Of a stretch of DNA of 64,000 nucleotides, positions 1 through 9,028 are shown piece by piece. Position 1 is the stretch's first letter, and the number at the start of each line of letters is the position of its first letter. Made by a program: the position numbers and the translations under genes. The notes under the pieces are model-generated. The model saw only the letters and a program-made list of their open reading frames with translations, searched no databases and was not told where the DNA came from. The stretch covers positions 32,001-96,000 of the forward strand of contig CALBRH010000063.1 of NCBI GenBank assembly GCA_937899865.1, written 5' to 3'. Source of the DNA: an uncultured euryarchaeote (GTDB lineage: Archaea; Thermoplasmatota; Poseidoniia; Poseidoniales; Poseidoniaceae).

Positions 1-2
1 AG

Positions 3-677
3 AAATCAAAAGATCATTTTGCCGAATTAGAATCTATTGAAGCTACTCCTTATGATGTTGCAGCAAAACCAGAGAAACCCAGTTTGTTTGGTTATTTAGG
101 TGCATTAATCTCATGGTTATGGGTCGCTGCGTGGATGTTAGGTTTAGTGACTTGGAGTGCAATATTAGGAAATGTTCCACCATATCAAGCAAATTATCTT
201 ACAATGTGGCAACTAAAGAAAAGAGGTGTTTCAGATTCTATACATGGTACCTTAAAAATTGGAACTGCAGTCATAATGTTCCCTATTTGGTGGATTTTTG
301 TTTCTCTATCCGTTACAGTCATCTTTCTGGCTACGGATAGTCCAGTATACATTTTACTAAACAAACATTGGCTATTGGCTTACTTCACACAAATTAATCC
401 AATAATAATGTTCTTTGTATTGCTTATTTGGTGGCCGACATCTGGAAAATTACATATGAAACTCTATTCAAGATTGGTAAGAAATTGGCGGAATCTTAAG
501 CGTTGGAAAAATTGGCGCAAGAATCAATTTTACTGGGATAAATTGCAAAAGAATCAAAGAGAAATCGGTGGACTGCTAATTAATTTAGGAGATGGATTAG
601 TTTTGCCTGGAGATGAGGATTGGCAAGAACCAACAACTGGTAGCGATGACTTTACTTATGTTAAATCAAGAGTTTAA
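3..677 (+). CDS. 5'-truncated membrane protein; C-terminal part possibly of a phospholipid/glycerol acyltransferase-family protein
   Basis: Frame is open from position 3 to TAA at 675-677. Several hydrophobic helices. The LGNVPPY and TLKIGTAVIMFPIWW segments recall the C-terminal TM region of bacterial PlsC-like acyltransferases. Any catalytic domain would lie outside the window. Confidence 0.4.
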   Translation, partial: KSKDHFAELESIEATPYDVAAKPEKPSLFGYLGALISWLWVAAWMLGLVTWSAILGNVPPYQANYLTMWQLKKRGVSDSIHGTLKIGTAVIMFPIWWIFVSLSVTVIFLATDSPVYILLNKHWLLAYFTQINPIIMFFVLLIWWPTSGKLHMKLYSRLVRNWRNLKRWKNWRKNQFYWDKLQKNQREIGGLLINLGDGLVLPGDEDWQEPTTGSDDFTYVKSRV

Positions 678-725
678 TTCTTGCATTTCATCCCTATATT
701 GATATGCAACCATTGTTAGGATATA

Positions 726-1340
726 ATGGGTGAGCAGTTGGTAGGTTCTGAGTATGTCAAAATGACTCCGTCTGCTGACAAAACCGTATGGAGTGCAACA
801 GTCAACAAAAAGGAAACAGAATTGTTAATCAATTCTAACGCAGTTTTACTTGATGTACTTCGTGATCAAGTTGGTACATTAGGCGTTAAACGTGGATGTG
901 ATTTAGGGACATGTGGTTGTTGTACTGTAATGATTGATGGTGAGCCAAGGTTGTCTTGTCTATGTTTAGCAGGGCAGGTTTCAGGTACTGAAATTATCAC
1001 TGTTGAAGGCCTTGCTGACGGGGCTCACTTGGCACCGATTCAAGCTTGTTTTGCAAAATATGGCGGCTCACAATGTGGTTTCTGCACTCCAGGATTTTTG
1101 GTCGCTTCTCAAGCCTTGTTAGAACATAATAATTCCCCTTCGGATGAACAAATTTCTGAAGCGATTGAAGGCAATTTGTGCCGCTGTACAGGATATCAGC
1201 AAATAATTGAATCAATTCAAGAAGCGGCAAAAATACACCGCGGTGAAAGTGCTGTACCTCAACCTGCATCCTCTCCACATCCAGACCCTCATCCTGATGG
1301 GCCTGGAGAGCCATCTATGCCGCCCGGTCATGCGAAGTGA
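726..1340 (+). CDS. [2Fe-2S] small subunit of xanthine dehydrogenase-family molybdoenzyme (CoxS/HcrC-like)
   Basis: GCDLGTCGCCTV...SCL and QCGFCTPG...GNLCRCTGY ferredoxin motifs; Pro-rich C-terminal tail. Confidence 0.95.
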   Translation: MGEQLVGSEYVKMTPSADKTVWSATVNKKETELLINSNAVLLDVLRDQVGTLGVKRGCDLGTCGCCTVMIDGEPRLSCLCLAGQVSGTEIITVEGLADGAHLAPIQACFAKYGGSQCGFCTPGFLVASQALLEHNNSPSDEQISEAIEGNLCRCTGYQQIIESIQEAAKIHRGESAVPQPASSPHPDPHPDGPGEPSMPPGHAK

Positions 1341-4147
1341 TAATCATGTCAGCAGGATATCGTCAGCAACCGGGCAAATCGTCAGAAAAGCGAACTGATG
1401 GTAAAAGAGTTGCTGGGAAGCAGGCATTTCCACCCCCTGGTTCGGGTGGTTCAAATCCAACAATGAAGCCAAGAGACCTCAATTTCATACCGGAGTCGGT
1501 AGGTGGAAAAGAGCCACAACCTGCTGGTTCACATATACACGACCGTATTCGAACAGGAACAGTTGTTGGAAAACCCCTGCCTTTGGTTGATTCAAATGCT
1601 AAAGTTACTGGGCAGGCTTGGTATGGTGATGATATTAGATTACCCAATGAGGCAATCGGCAAAATTTTGCGCTCACCTCATCATTATGCAAAGATAAAAT
1701 CGATTGATACTTCAAGAGTTGAAGCATTACCTGGAGTCATTTCTGTTGCGACTGGTAAAGATGCCCCATCTCGTTTTGGTGTTTTACCAGTGACAAAAGA
1801 TGAGCATGCAATGGCAGTTGAGAAAGTTAGACATATTGGTGATTTAGTTGCGTGTGTGTGTGCAGAAACAGAAGCGATTGCTATAGAGGCATTGTCCTTA
1901 TTTGATATAGAATGGGAAATATTGGAGCCAGTTTTTGATAGAAAAAAGGGCTTAGAAGATGTTGATGAACCTATTCATTGGCGAGGCAAATATCATCTGT
2001 CAAAGACGAATGTACAAAAAAGAGTATTCCAGGAATTTGGTGACCGTTCTTTGGTGGACAATCCACATGCTTCTTCTCACGGCAAATGGAGTATGGAAGG
2101 AGTGCATCATGGGTTTACTGAACCACATGCTGTTGTTGCACATTGGGATCCTAATGGTAGATTACAGTTGTATACTCCTCAGCAAGTACCACATTATACT
2201 CACCGAGCGTTATCTACGGTTTTGGATGTACCCATGCATCAAATAAACGTAGTAAGGACCTTCGTTGGAGGTGGCTTTGGTGGCAAATCAGATCCGTTCC
2301 CTCATGAAATGTGTGCAGCAATACTTGCTAGAAAATCTGGTAGGCCAGTTAGAATTACTTTTGATAGAGAAGAGGTTTACTGGATTAACCGAGGTAGACA
2401 TCCTAGTGACATAGAAGTAAAGATGACTGCTGATGATGTTGGTAGAATTTCTGGATTTGATATCGATGCACTAATCGATGGAGGAGGCTTTGCATCTTTT
2501 GGTCATGTTACATCATACTACAATGGAGTTCTAGCAACCGCCCCATATGAGTTAGGGTCATTTCACTATACTGGAGCAAGAGTTTGGACTAACAAACCGG
2601 CTTCAGGTGCGATGCGTGGACATGGGGCAGTCAATACCAGATGTGCTGTTGAAGTTGGTCTTGATGAAATGGCCGAACAGATGAATGTTGATCCAATAGA
2701 CCTTAGATTAGCCAATTTATTGCCCCCACATAGTCGAACAATAACAGGTTTTAGAATTACTTCAAATGGCATGCGGGAAGCTCTCGAGAAGGTGCGCGAA
2801 GGTTCAAATTGGGATGAGAAATTCCGTCAATTACCTCTTGGTAAAGGTATTGGAGTAGGTTGTGGATTCTTCATTTCTGGTTCAGGTTTACCTATTCACT
2901 GGGACCCTAACAGATTCCCACATGCTACTGTACACATTCAAGTTGACATGGACGGTGGTGTAACAGTCCATACAGGTGCAGCAGATATTGGACAAGGTTC
3001 AACTACTGCAGTAGCACAAGTAGTAGCAGAAGTTTTAGCATTACCAATAGAGATGATTCATGTTAGAAGCCATGAAAGTGATACATCTCCAGTTGATTTG
3101 GGTTCATATTCAAGCAGAGTTACATTCATGAACGCAAATGCAGCAATAAGGGCTGCTTTAGAGATTAGAGATCAACTACTCAAAGCAGCATGGGACATAC
3201 TTGGTTATCACCCAAATACCTTAATTTTGAATGATCGAAGAATCTATTACAAGCATGATCCTTCAATTGGAGTTTCTTATCTAAAAGCATTACACAAAGC
3301 ACAGGAAGACAAAGGTTCACTAATTGCTAGTGGAGCTTACCGCTCACCCCCTATGGGTGGTGTTCACAAAGGTGCTGCTGCGGGACTTGCTCCTGCTTAT
3401 TCTTTCTCAGCATATGTTGCAGAAGTAGATGTTGACGTTGAGTTGGGATTGGTTAAATGTACCAATGTGTGGGCTGCACATGACTGTGGAAAGGCACTCA
3501 ATCCTTTAGCAGTGAAAGGTCAGATAATTGGTTCTTGTCACATGGGTCTTGGCCAGGTATTGTCTGAGAAAATGGTCTATGGAAGAACAGGTCATTTGCA
3601 AAATGCAAACTTGTTAGAATACAAAATCCCCTCCGTACATGAGATGCCTCATGTTGAACCTATAATCATTGAATCCTGTGACCCAGAAGGTCCATTTGGT
3701 GCTAAAGAAGCAGGTGAAGGCCCATTATTGCCAATTTTGCCAGCAGTTGTCAATGCTGTTTACGATGCTGTTGGTGTTAGGTTTAGAGATTTACCACTTA
3801 CTCCAGATGTTGTATTCAAAGGCATTGAGAGAAAGCGAAAGTCACTCAAATTGGATGATTGTATGGATTTGCCAAGCCCTAGACTGGAACATGGTCCAAT
3901 GCAAGAAGTACTTTCTTCAAGAGCTGATGAACACAAATTACGTGACAAAGCAAGGCAAAGAACAGAAGATACCTCTCATTATGTCAATGGAGTGTTGTTT
4001 GGTTTTGATCCAAACGTCCCACTTGAGGACCAAGTTGATGGATGGCGAATGGCTACCGAACCGGATCCAAAGCAATTAGCTGAATTGGGTCTAGCAGGCA
4101 AAGCATGGCTTAAGAAAACCCAACGAGAGATGGGAGGTGATTCATGA
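1337..4147 (+). CDS. Molybdopterin-binding large subunit, xanthine dehydrogenase family (4-hydroxybenzoyl-CoA reductase alpha-like)
   Basis: AKVTG.A.YGDD, VGGGFGGK, GAMRGHG, DIGQGS, GSYSSRVT, GAKEAGEG motifs; GTGA overlap with the upstream gene. Confidence 0.92.
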   Translation: MIIMSAGYRQQPGKSSEKRTDGKRVAGKQAFPPPGSGGSNPTMKPRDLNFIPESVGGKEPQPAGSHIHDRIRTGTVVGKPLPLVDSNAKVTGQAWYGDDIRLPNEAIGKILRSPHHYAKIKSIDTSRVEALPGVISVATGKDAPSRFGVLPVTKDEHAMAVEKVRHIGDLVACVCAETEAIAIEALSLFDIEWEILEPVFDRKKGLEDVDEPIHWRGKYHLSKTNVQKRVFQEFGDRSLVDNPHASSHGKWSMEGVHHGFTEPHAVVAHWDPNGRLQLYTPQQVPHYTHRALSTVLDVPMHQINVVRTFVGGGFGGKSDPFPHEMCAAILARKSGRPVRITFDREEVYWINRGRHPSDIEVKMTADDVGRISGFDIDALIDGGGFASFGHVTSYYNGVLATAPYELGSFHYTGARVWTNKPASGAMRGHGAVNTRCAVEVGLDEMAEQMNVDPIDLRLANLLPPHSRTITGFRITSNGMREALEKVREGSNWDEKFRQLPLGKGIGVGCGFFISGSGLPIHWDPNRFPHATVHIQVDMDGGVTVHTGAADIGQGSTTAVAQVVAEVLALPIEMIHVRSHESDTSPVDLGSYSSRVTFMNANAAIRAALEIRDQLLKAAWDILGYHPNTLILNDRRIYYKHDPSIGVSYLKALHKAQEDKGSLIASGAYRSPPMGGVHKGAAAGLAPAYSFSAYVAEVDVDVELGLVKCTNVWAAHDCGKALNPLAVKGQIIGSCHMGLGQVLSEKMVYGRTGHLQNANLLEYKIPSVHEMPHVEPIIIESCDPEGPFGAKEAGEGPLLPILPAVVNAVYDAVGVRFRDLPLTPDVVFKGIERKRKSLKLDDCMDLPSPRLEHGPMQEVLSSRADEHKLRDKARQRTEDTSHYVNGVLFGFDPNVPLEDQVDGWRMATEPDPKQLAELGLAGKAWLKKTQREMGGDS

Positions 4148-5121
4148 TGCTAATGCCACCATTTACTCTTCATCATCCAAACACTATTGGAGAGGCGACA
4201 TCGATAGCAGCTAATTTGATAGAACAAGAAGAGGATTTTGATTGGGTTGCTGGAGGTACAGATGTTCTGCCAAATTACAAATGGCGAATAAATCCAAAAC
4301 CACATGTAATTTCATTGGCAAAAATACCAGAGGCAAACCAAATTAGCCCGTATGAAATTGGTTGTATGACTAAACTTTCATCATTGACTCCAGAAAACGG
4401 AATACATCCTTTGATTGTAGAAGCAGCATCAAAAATAGCTTCATCTTTGATTAGAAAGAGTGCAACTGTAGGTGGAAATTTATGTCTTGATACCAGATGT
4501 TTTTGGTATAATCAAAGTGAAGATTGGCGACGTTCAATAGACTGGTGCCATAAAGCAGATTGTGGAACTGGAGCAGATTGTCGAGTAATTCCGAATCAAA
4601 ACACACTTTGTGTTGCTACTTATCAAGGAGATTTAGCACCTAATTTCATGGCATTAGGGGCAAATGTTACTTTGATCGGTCCTAATGGAGAAAGAACAAT
4701 GCCATTGAATGAATTTTATCAATTGGATGGTATGAAAAAGAATGTCTTACAACCAGGTGAATTCATGCTAAAGGTGACTTTGCCAAAAGACTCATTTGAA
4801 TATTGCGGAAGCTATCAAAAGTTACGAGTTAGAGAATCTTGGGATTTCCCCGAAGCAGGCATTTCTGCAGTATGGAAAAAGGGTGACTATAATACATTGA
4901 AGATTGCTTCGACTGCGTTAGAATCGATACCTAAAACCCATGACGAACAAGTGTCAGAATTTACTTCATCTTGGGATAAAGGTTCTACAATCTCTCAATT
5001 ATCCGAGGCTATTAGAAAATCGGTAAAACCAGTTAATAATACCGCTTTACCACCTAATTATCGTCGGTCAGTAGTTAGAGTTCTTACTAAGCGAGCGTTG
5101 AAAAATATTGGATGTGAGTGA
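4144..5121 (+). CDS. FAD-binding subunit with [4Fe-4S] insertion (HcrB-like)
   Basis: AGGTD and ATVGGNLC FAD motifs; Cys-rich insert CLDTRCFWYNQSEDWRRSIDWCHKADCGTGADCRVIPNQNTLCVATYQGD; ATGA overlap. Confidence 0.92.
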   Translation: MMLMPPFTLHHPNTIGEATSIAANLIEQEEDFDWVAGGTDVLPNYKWRINPKPHVISLAKIPEANQISPYEIGCMTKLSSLTPENGIHPLIVEAASKIASSLIRKSATVGGNLCLDTRCFWYNQSEDWRRSIDWCHKADCGTGADCRVIPNQNTLCVATYQGDLAPNFMALGANVTLIGPNGERTMPLNEFYQLDGMKKNVLQPGEFMLKVTLPKDSFEYCGSYQKLRVRESWDFPEAGISAVWKKGDYNTLKIASTALESIPKTHDEQVSEFTSSWDKGSTISQLSEAIRKSVKPVNNTALPPNYRRSVVRVLTKRALKNIGCE

Positions 5122-6081
5122 ATGAAAAGAAGCAATACGAAATTGGTTGTAATTTTGTTCACATGTTTGTTGACTATCTCATTTTTACCGTTTAGTAGCG
5201 GACAAGACCAAGTTGAAATTCCATCATGGGAGGTAGGCTGGGAAACTAACATGGACGGCGTCTATGAACTCCAATTATCAGGTGAAGAAGACATCACGGA
5301 TTCAATAGAATTCTTTGTCGCAAATGATAGAATGGCTGACTTAAACTTGGAGATAAGCATTGAATGGGATGAATCAGAGAATATCCCTATCGAGTTGGAT
5401 TATGATGAGTCAATTTCCGTATCTGCATCAGATAATCAAACATTTACTATCGAGATTTCAGATGTTTCTGGTTATTCTTTTGAACGTTCGCCAAATGATT
5501 CTATGACTCTATTACTTACTGCACAAGAGATTTTGTTAGAACAACCACTTTCTACTCAAGAAATTGATGCTGAATTATCAGTTCCTGCAGTGTTTGATTT
5601 AACTTTGGAATCAGAATCTAAAGATGAGACTCTATTTGCAGGTTCATCGATAGAATACTCGCTTATTGTGACTAATGATGGTAATACAAAAGATGTCATA
5701 AAAATGCCAGAATCATCGATTAAATCCTGTCCAAGTGTTTCGGTTGAGGGGTTAGATTCTATGAATGATATTGAGATCGAGAATTCCTCTACGAAAGATT
5801 TCGCAATTCGAATTTCAGCATCAGAATCACAACCAGAGAGGCTTTGTGAAATTACTATTTCAATAAAATCAGCGGGTAATGGAAAAATATCTAGTATAGT
5901 TTTTGAAATAAATGTAAATTCAAATTCTGCTGAAAATGATGACAAAGGAGATTCTAATGTTGAAGAATCACCTGATGATGATAATTCTGAACTTACTGAA
6001 ACCAATACACTCAATTTCGTAATGGGTTATGAGATTATTTTGATGATAATGATTGCATTGATATTTCGTTCTAGAAATTAA
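5122..6081 (+). CDS. Secreted, C-terminally membrane-anchored acidic beta-rich surface protein
   Basis: N-terminal basic + hydrophobic signal; Asp/Glu/Ser-rich beta-sandwich-like body; acidic linker; C-terminal hydrophobic helix ending FRSRN. Confidence 0.7.
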   Translation: MKRSNTKLVVILFTCLLTISFLPFSSGQDQVEIPSWEVGWETNMDGVYELQLSGEEDITDSIEFFVANDRMADLNLEISIEWDESENIPIELDYDESISVSASDNQTFTIEISDVSGYSFERSPNDSMTLLLTAQEILLEQPLSTQEIDAELSVPAVFDLTLESESKDETLFAGSSIEYSLIVTNDGNTKDVIKMPESSIKSCPSVSVEGLDSMNDIEIENSSTKDFAIRISASESQPERLCEITISIKSAGNGKISSIVFEINVNSNSAENDDKGDSNVEESPDDDNSELTETNTLNFVMGYEIILMIMIALIFRSRN

Positions 6082-6149
6082 TGTTAAAAAATAGCAATAT
6101 GTGGCCTATTTTTAGTAATAATAACTGTTTGAAAATTGGTCATCATTGT

Positions 6150-6187
6150 CTATAAACCATCGTATCAATTTGCTCACCAATGAGCAA
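6150..6187 (+). promoter_or_regulatory. Candidate TATA box (CTATAAAC, 6150-6157) followed by perfect inverted repeat TTGCTCA-CCAA-TGAGCAA (6170-6187)
   Basis: Seen directly in the intergenic region upstream of the DUF4350-MoxR operon. Confidence 0.45.
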
Positions 6188-6255
6188 GCATTATGAGTGG
6201 AGAGAATTTCGAGAGGATAGTAGTGCGCTATGCATTGTGCAAAAGGAGGAATAAT

Positions 6256-7845
6256 ATGGCGGATGAAGAGAAGAAAAAAATCAGTCTTGAGACTTGGCTC
6301 AAGGTTGGATTTATGGCTTCTCTACTAATTTCTGTTGTATTGATAGGTTTGTTCAGTCTAAACAAAGAAACTGTATTTTCACCCTACGAGCAAGATCCCG
6401 AATATTACAATATTCAGTTGACCGAAATGAGAGCTAATATGGGCGAAGACGGTACTGGGTACACAGTTGCTAACACAATGTCAACACCTATGTTAGTTAA
6501 TGATTGGAAAGATCCTCATCGAACTTTACTAGTTATTGCTGCACCTGAGAAACCATTCGATGCTGCAGAAGCTGCTGCGATTCACGACTTCGTGACTGAA
6601 AAAGGCGGAAAAGTTGTATTGGCTTCAAACTCTACCAATGCTCAACTTGTAGCTTCTGAATTTGGGGTAAAGTACTTTGATGCTCCAGTTGTTGATCCAT
6701 TTCAATTTTATGAAGTAGCTGATGAAACAGGGCAGGCATTGAAACCCGATGAAAGAAAACTTTGGGCTGCTGCAAGCATTACTCGTGATGTCACTCAAAT
6801 GGGTGATGAAAAGCATGTTCCTTGTTCGAATAACGATATAGATAATGCACGGGTTAACGATTGTCGAATGCCTGTATTATTTCATAGAGCAACCGCAATC
6901 CAAGTATTAGATGAAGAGGTAGATGATGACAGGGAAGTCATGGTACTTGCACACGCATCAACTCCTGCATTTATTGCAAGACAAGATACCAATATTGACA
7001 ACCTAAACAATCCAACTCTTGGAGAAGGTAAAACCGGCCTGATAATCCGAATGGATTATCCAGGAATAGAGGTTCTTGATGAGCAGCCAAACAACAACTT
7101 TGGTGAAGTTGATGTTACAGGTTCAATCGTATTTGTTTCAGATCATTCTGTTCTCGCTAACCATCTATGGAATCAAACAATAGGTGAAGAAACCGGTAAG
7201 CAACAATGCGAATCACCATATTATGTTTCAAATGCTTTGGGTAATTCTCACGCTTGTTGGGATAGTGCCTTATTCTCTTCTGATGGTAGAGAAGTGGAGT
7301 GGAATGGTAATGGTCCATATTTTGAAGCATTATTTTATGATATGATGGAATTCGATAATGAGGAAATTACTACCAAGGTGACTAGAGATCCTTCAGAATT
7401 TAATTTGGTATTCGATGAAAGTAGACACGTTTCAAGTGCCCTTTCATCACCATTTACCGAAGCGATTGGTGCGGTGGTTCTGCTTACAAGCGATAATGTG
7501 TTGAAGTGGTTAATTATCCTCAATCTCTTTGCATTGCTTGCCATAGCAATTATGGTAGTACCAGAAAAAGAGAATTGGCGCCATGTCTTTGACTTGACGA
7601 GATTTAGAGAAAGGCCAACAAAAATAGATACTTCCCAATATCAAATGCGAGTTAGGGAAGCGTTCTTGTCTAAAGTTAGACAATTTAACGATCTCACGAG
7701 AGATGAATTTGCTCGCAAAACCCCAGCGGAAATCATGTATATGGTAAAAGACCCGCGCTTAGTAGAACTGATTAGTTCTAACCGTTCCTACTCCAACGAA
7801 GAATTGAGGGAAGTGATTCCCCAAATACGTCGTTGGGGTAAATGA
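6256..7845 (+). CDS. DUF4350-like membrane-anchored protein
   Basis: AGGAGG SD precedes ATG 6256 (ORF track starts at 6193). N-terminal TM; LLVIAAPEKPF...IHDFVTEKGGKVVLAS pattern; FDESRH followed by a C-terminal TM; typical partner of MoxR/DUF58. Confidence 0.7.
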   Translation: MADEEKKKISLETWLKVGFMASLLISVVLIGLFSLNKETVFSPYEQDPEYYNIQLTEMRANMGEDGTGYTVANTMSTPMLVNDWKDPHRTLLVIAAPEKPFDAAEAAAIHDFVTEKGGKVVLASNSTNAQLVASEFGVKYFDAPVVDPFQFYEVADETGQALKPDERKLWAAASITRDVTQMGDEKHVPCSNNDIDNARVNDCRMPVLFHRATAIQVLDEEVDDDREVMVLAHASTPAFIARQDTNIDNLNNPTLGEGKTGLIIRMDYPGIEVLDEQPNNNFGEVDVTGSIVFVSDHSVLANHLWNQTIGEETGKQQCESPYYVSNALGNSHACWDSALFSSDGREVEWNGNGPYFEALFYDMMEFDNEEITTKVTRDPSEFNLVFDESRHVSSALSSPFTEAIGAVVLLTSDNVLKWLIILNLFALLAIAIMVVPEKENWRHVFDLTRFRERPTKIDTSQYQMRVREAFLSKVRQFNDLTRDEFARKTPAEIMYMVKDPRLVELISSNRSYSNEELREVIPQIRRWGK

Positions 7846-7863
7846 AATTAGGAGGAAAAAGAC

Positions 7864-9015
7864 ATGCAACCAGCCCCCCCACCCCAGCCTGCGCCAGCGC
7901 AGCCAGGGATGCCAGCAGCACCTGCACCAGCAGCGCCAATGCCAGCACCACCAATGCCAGCAGCACCAGCGCCAGCGGCTCCAATGCCAGCAGCACCTGC
8001 ACCAGCAGCCCCAGCAGCACCGGCCGCTCCGGCAAAGCCGAAGCACCAGAGTAGCCCAGAAGTTCGCGAGAGACTATCTGCAGTAGGAGCAATCGCTCAA
8101 GCGATTAGTGCCGAAGTTCAGAAAGTAATTATCGGTAAATCACACATTATTGATAATGTACTCGTCAACATTCTTTCCAACGGAAATCTTCTGTTCGAAG
8201 ATTACCCAGGTTTGGCAAAGACATTGATGACTAATACTTTCGCAGATGCACTTGGTTGTGATTTCAAGCGTGTACAATTTACACCTGACTTGTTACCTGC
8301 AGATATTACAGGTACCAATGTTTACGATGCCAAGAAGGGTGAATTTACATTCAAGCCAGGACCATTGTTCTGTAATCTACTTCTTGCTGACGAGATAAAC
8401 CGTGCTCCGCCTAAGACTCAAGCGGCTTTGCTTGAGGCTATGCAGGAAAAGCAAGTAACAATCGGTACAGTAACTCACAAACTACCAGCACCGTTTATTG
8501 TTATGGCAACACAAAATCCAGTAGAGCAAGAAGGAACATATCCACTTCCTGAAGCACAATTAGACCGATTTATGTTTAAGATGTCTGTAGGATATCCAGA
8601 CCGTGCTGATGAGGACGAAATTTTAGCTCGTCGTATTACTCGTGGTAAGGATGCTGTTGATGTTGATGTTATTACTGATCCTCAGAGAGTTATTGCCATG
8701 CAACAAGCCTGTGAAGATGTATATGTTGACCCTGCACTTAGAATGTACATGGTTGAGATTGTAGCACGTACAAGAGAAGATCCAAGAGTACTTGTTGGTT
8801 CCTCACCTCGTGGTTCTCAAGCATTACTGAAGACTTCAAGAGCAGCAGCTGCACTTAGAGGCAGAGATTTCGTTACTCCAGATGATATCAAGGCTATTGC
8901 TGAATTGGCAATTGCTCACAGAATCATCTTAAAGCCGGAGCATCAAATCAAGGGACTTGAAGCCGGTGAAGTAATTCAAACAATCCTGCGAGAAGTACCA
9001 GTACCAACAGTCTGA
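7864..9015 (+). CDS. moxR: MoxR-family AAA+ ATPase
   Basis: EDYPGLAKT Walker A, RVQFTPDLLPADITG, LLADEINRAPPKTQAALLEAMQE, ATQNPVEQEGTYPLPEAQLDRF, SPRGS. Confidence 0.96.
   Translation: MQPAPPPQPAPAQPGMPAAPAPAAPMPAPPMPAAPAPAAPMPAAPAPAAPAAPAAPAKPKHQSSPEVRERLSAVGAIAQAISAEVQKVIIGKSHIIDNVLVNILSNGNLLFEDYPGLAKTLMTNTFADALGCDFKRVQFTPDLLPADITGTNVYDAKKGEFTFKPGPLFCNLLLADEINRAPPKTQAALLEAMQEKQVTIGTVTHKLPAPFIVMATQNPVEQEGTYPLPEAQLDRFMFKMSVGYPDRADEDEILARRITRGKDAVDVDVITDPQRVIAMQQACEDVYVDPALRMYMVEIVARTREDPRVLVGSSPRGSQALLKTSRAAAALRGRDFVTPDDIKAIAELAIAHRIILKPEHQIKGLEAGEVIQTILREVPVPTV
7868..8035 (+). repeat. GC-rich low-complexity coding repeat (CCAGCAGC-type) encoding (PAAPAPAAPM)n at the MoxR N-terminus
   Basis: Imperfect tandem units seen directly; translation is about 55 aa of Pro/Ala/Met. 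Confidence 0.9.
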
Positions 9016-9028
9016 TAATCTACTTACG

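Noticed and set aside
7868-8035. CRISPR-like repeat array
   Set aside because: Units are short, imperfect, in-frame coding repeats without unique spacers; no cas genes.
7759-8092. Alternative-frame and antisense ORFs (95, 104, 70 aa) rich in Cys/Trp or Leu/Ala
   Set aside because: They are by-products of the CCAGCAGC repeat encoding the MoxR Pro/Ala arm.
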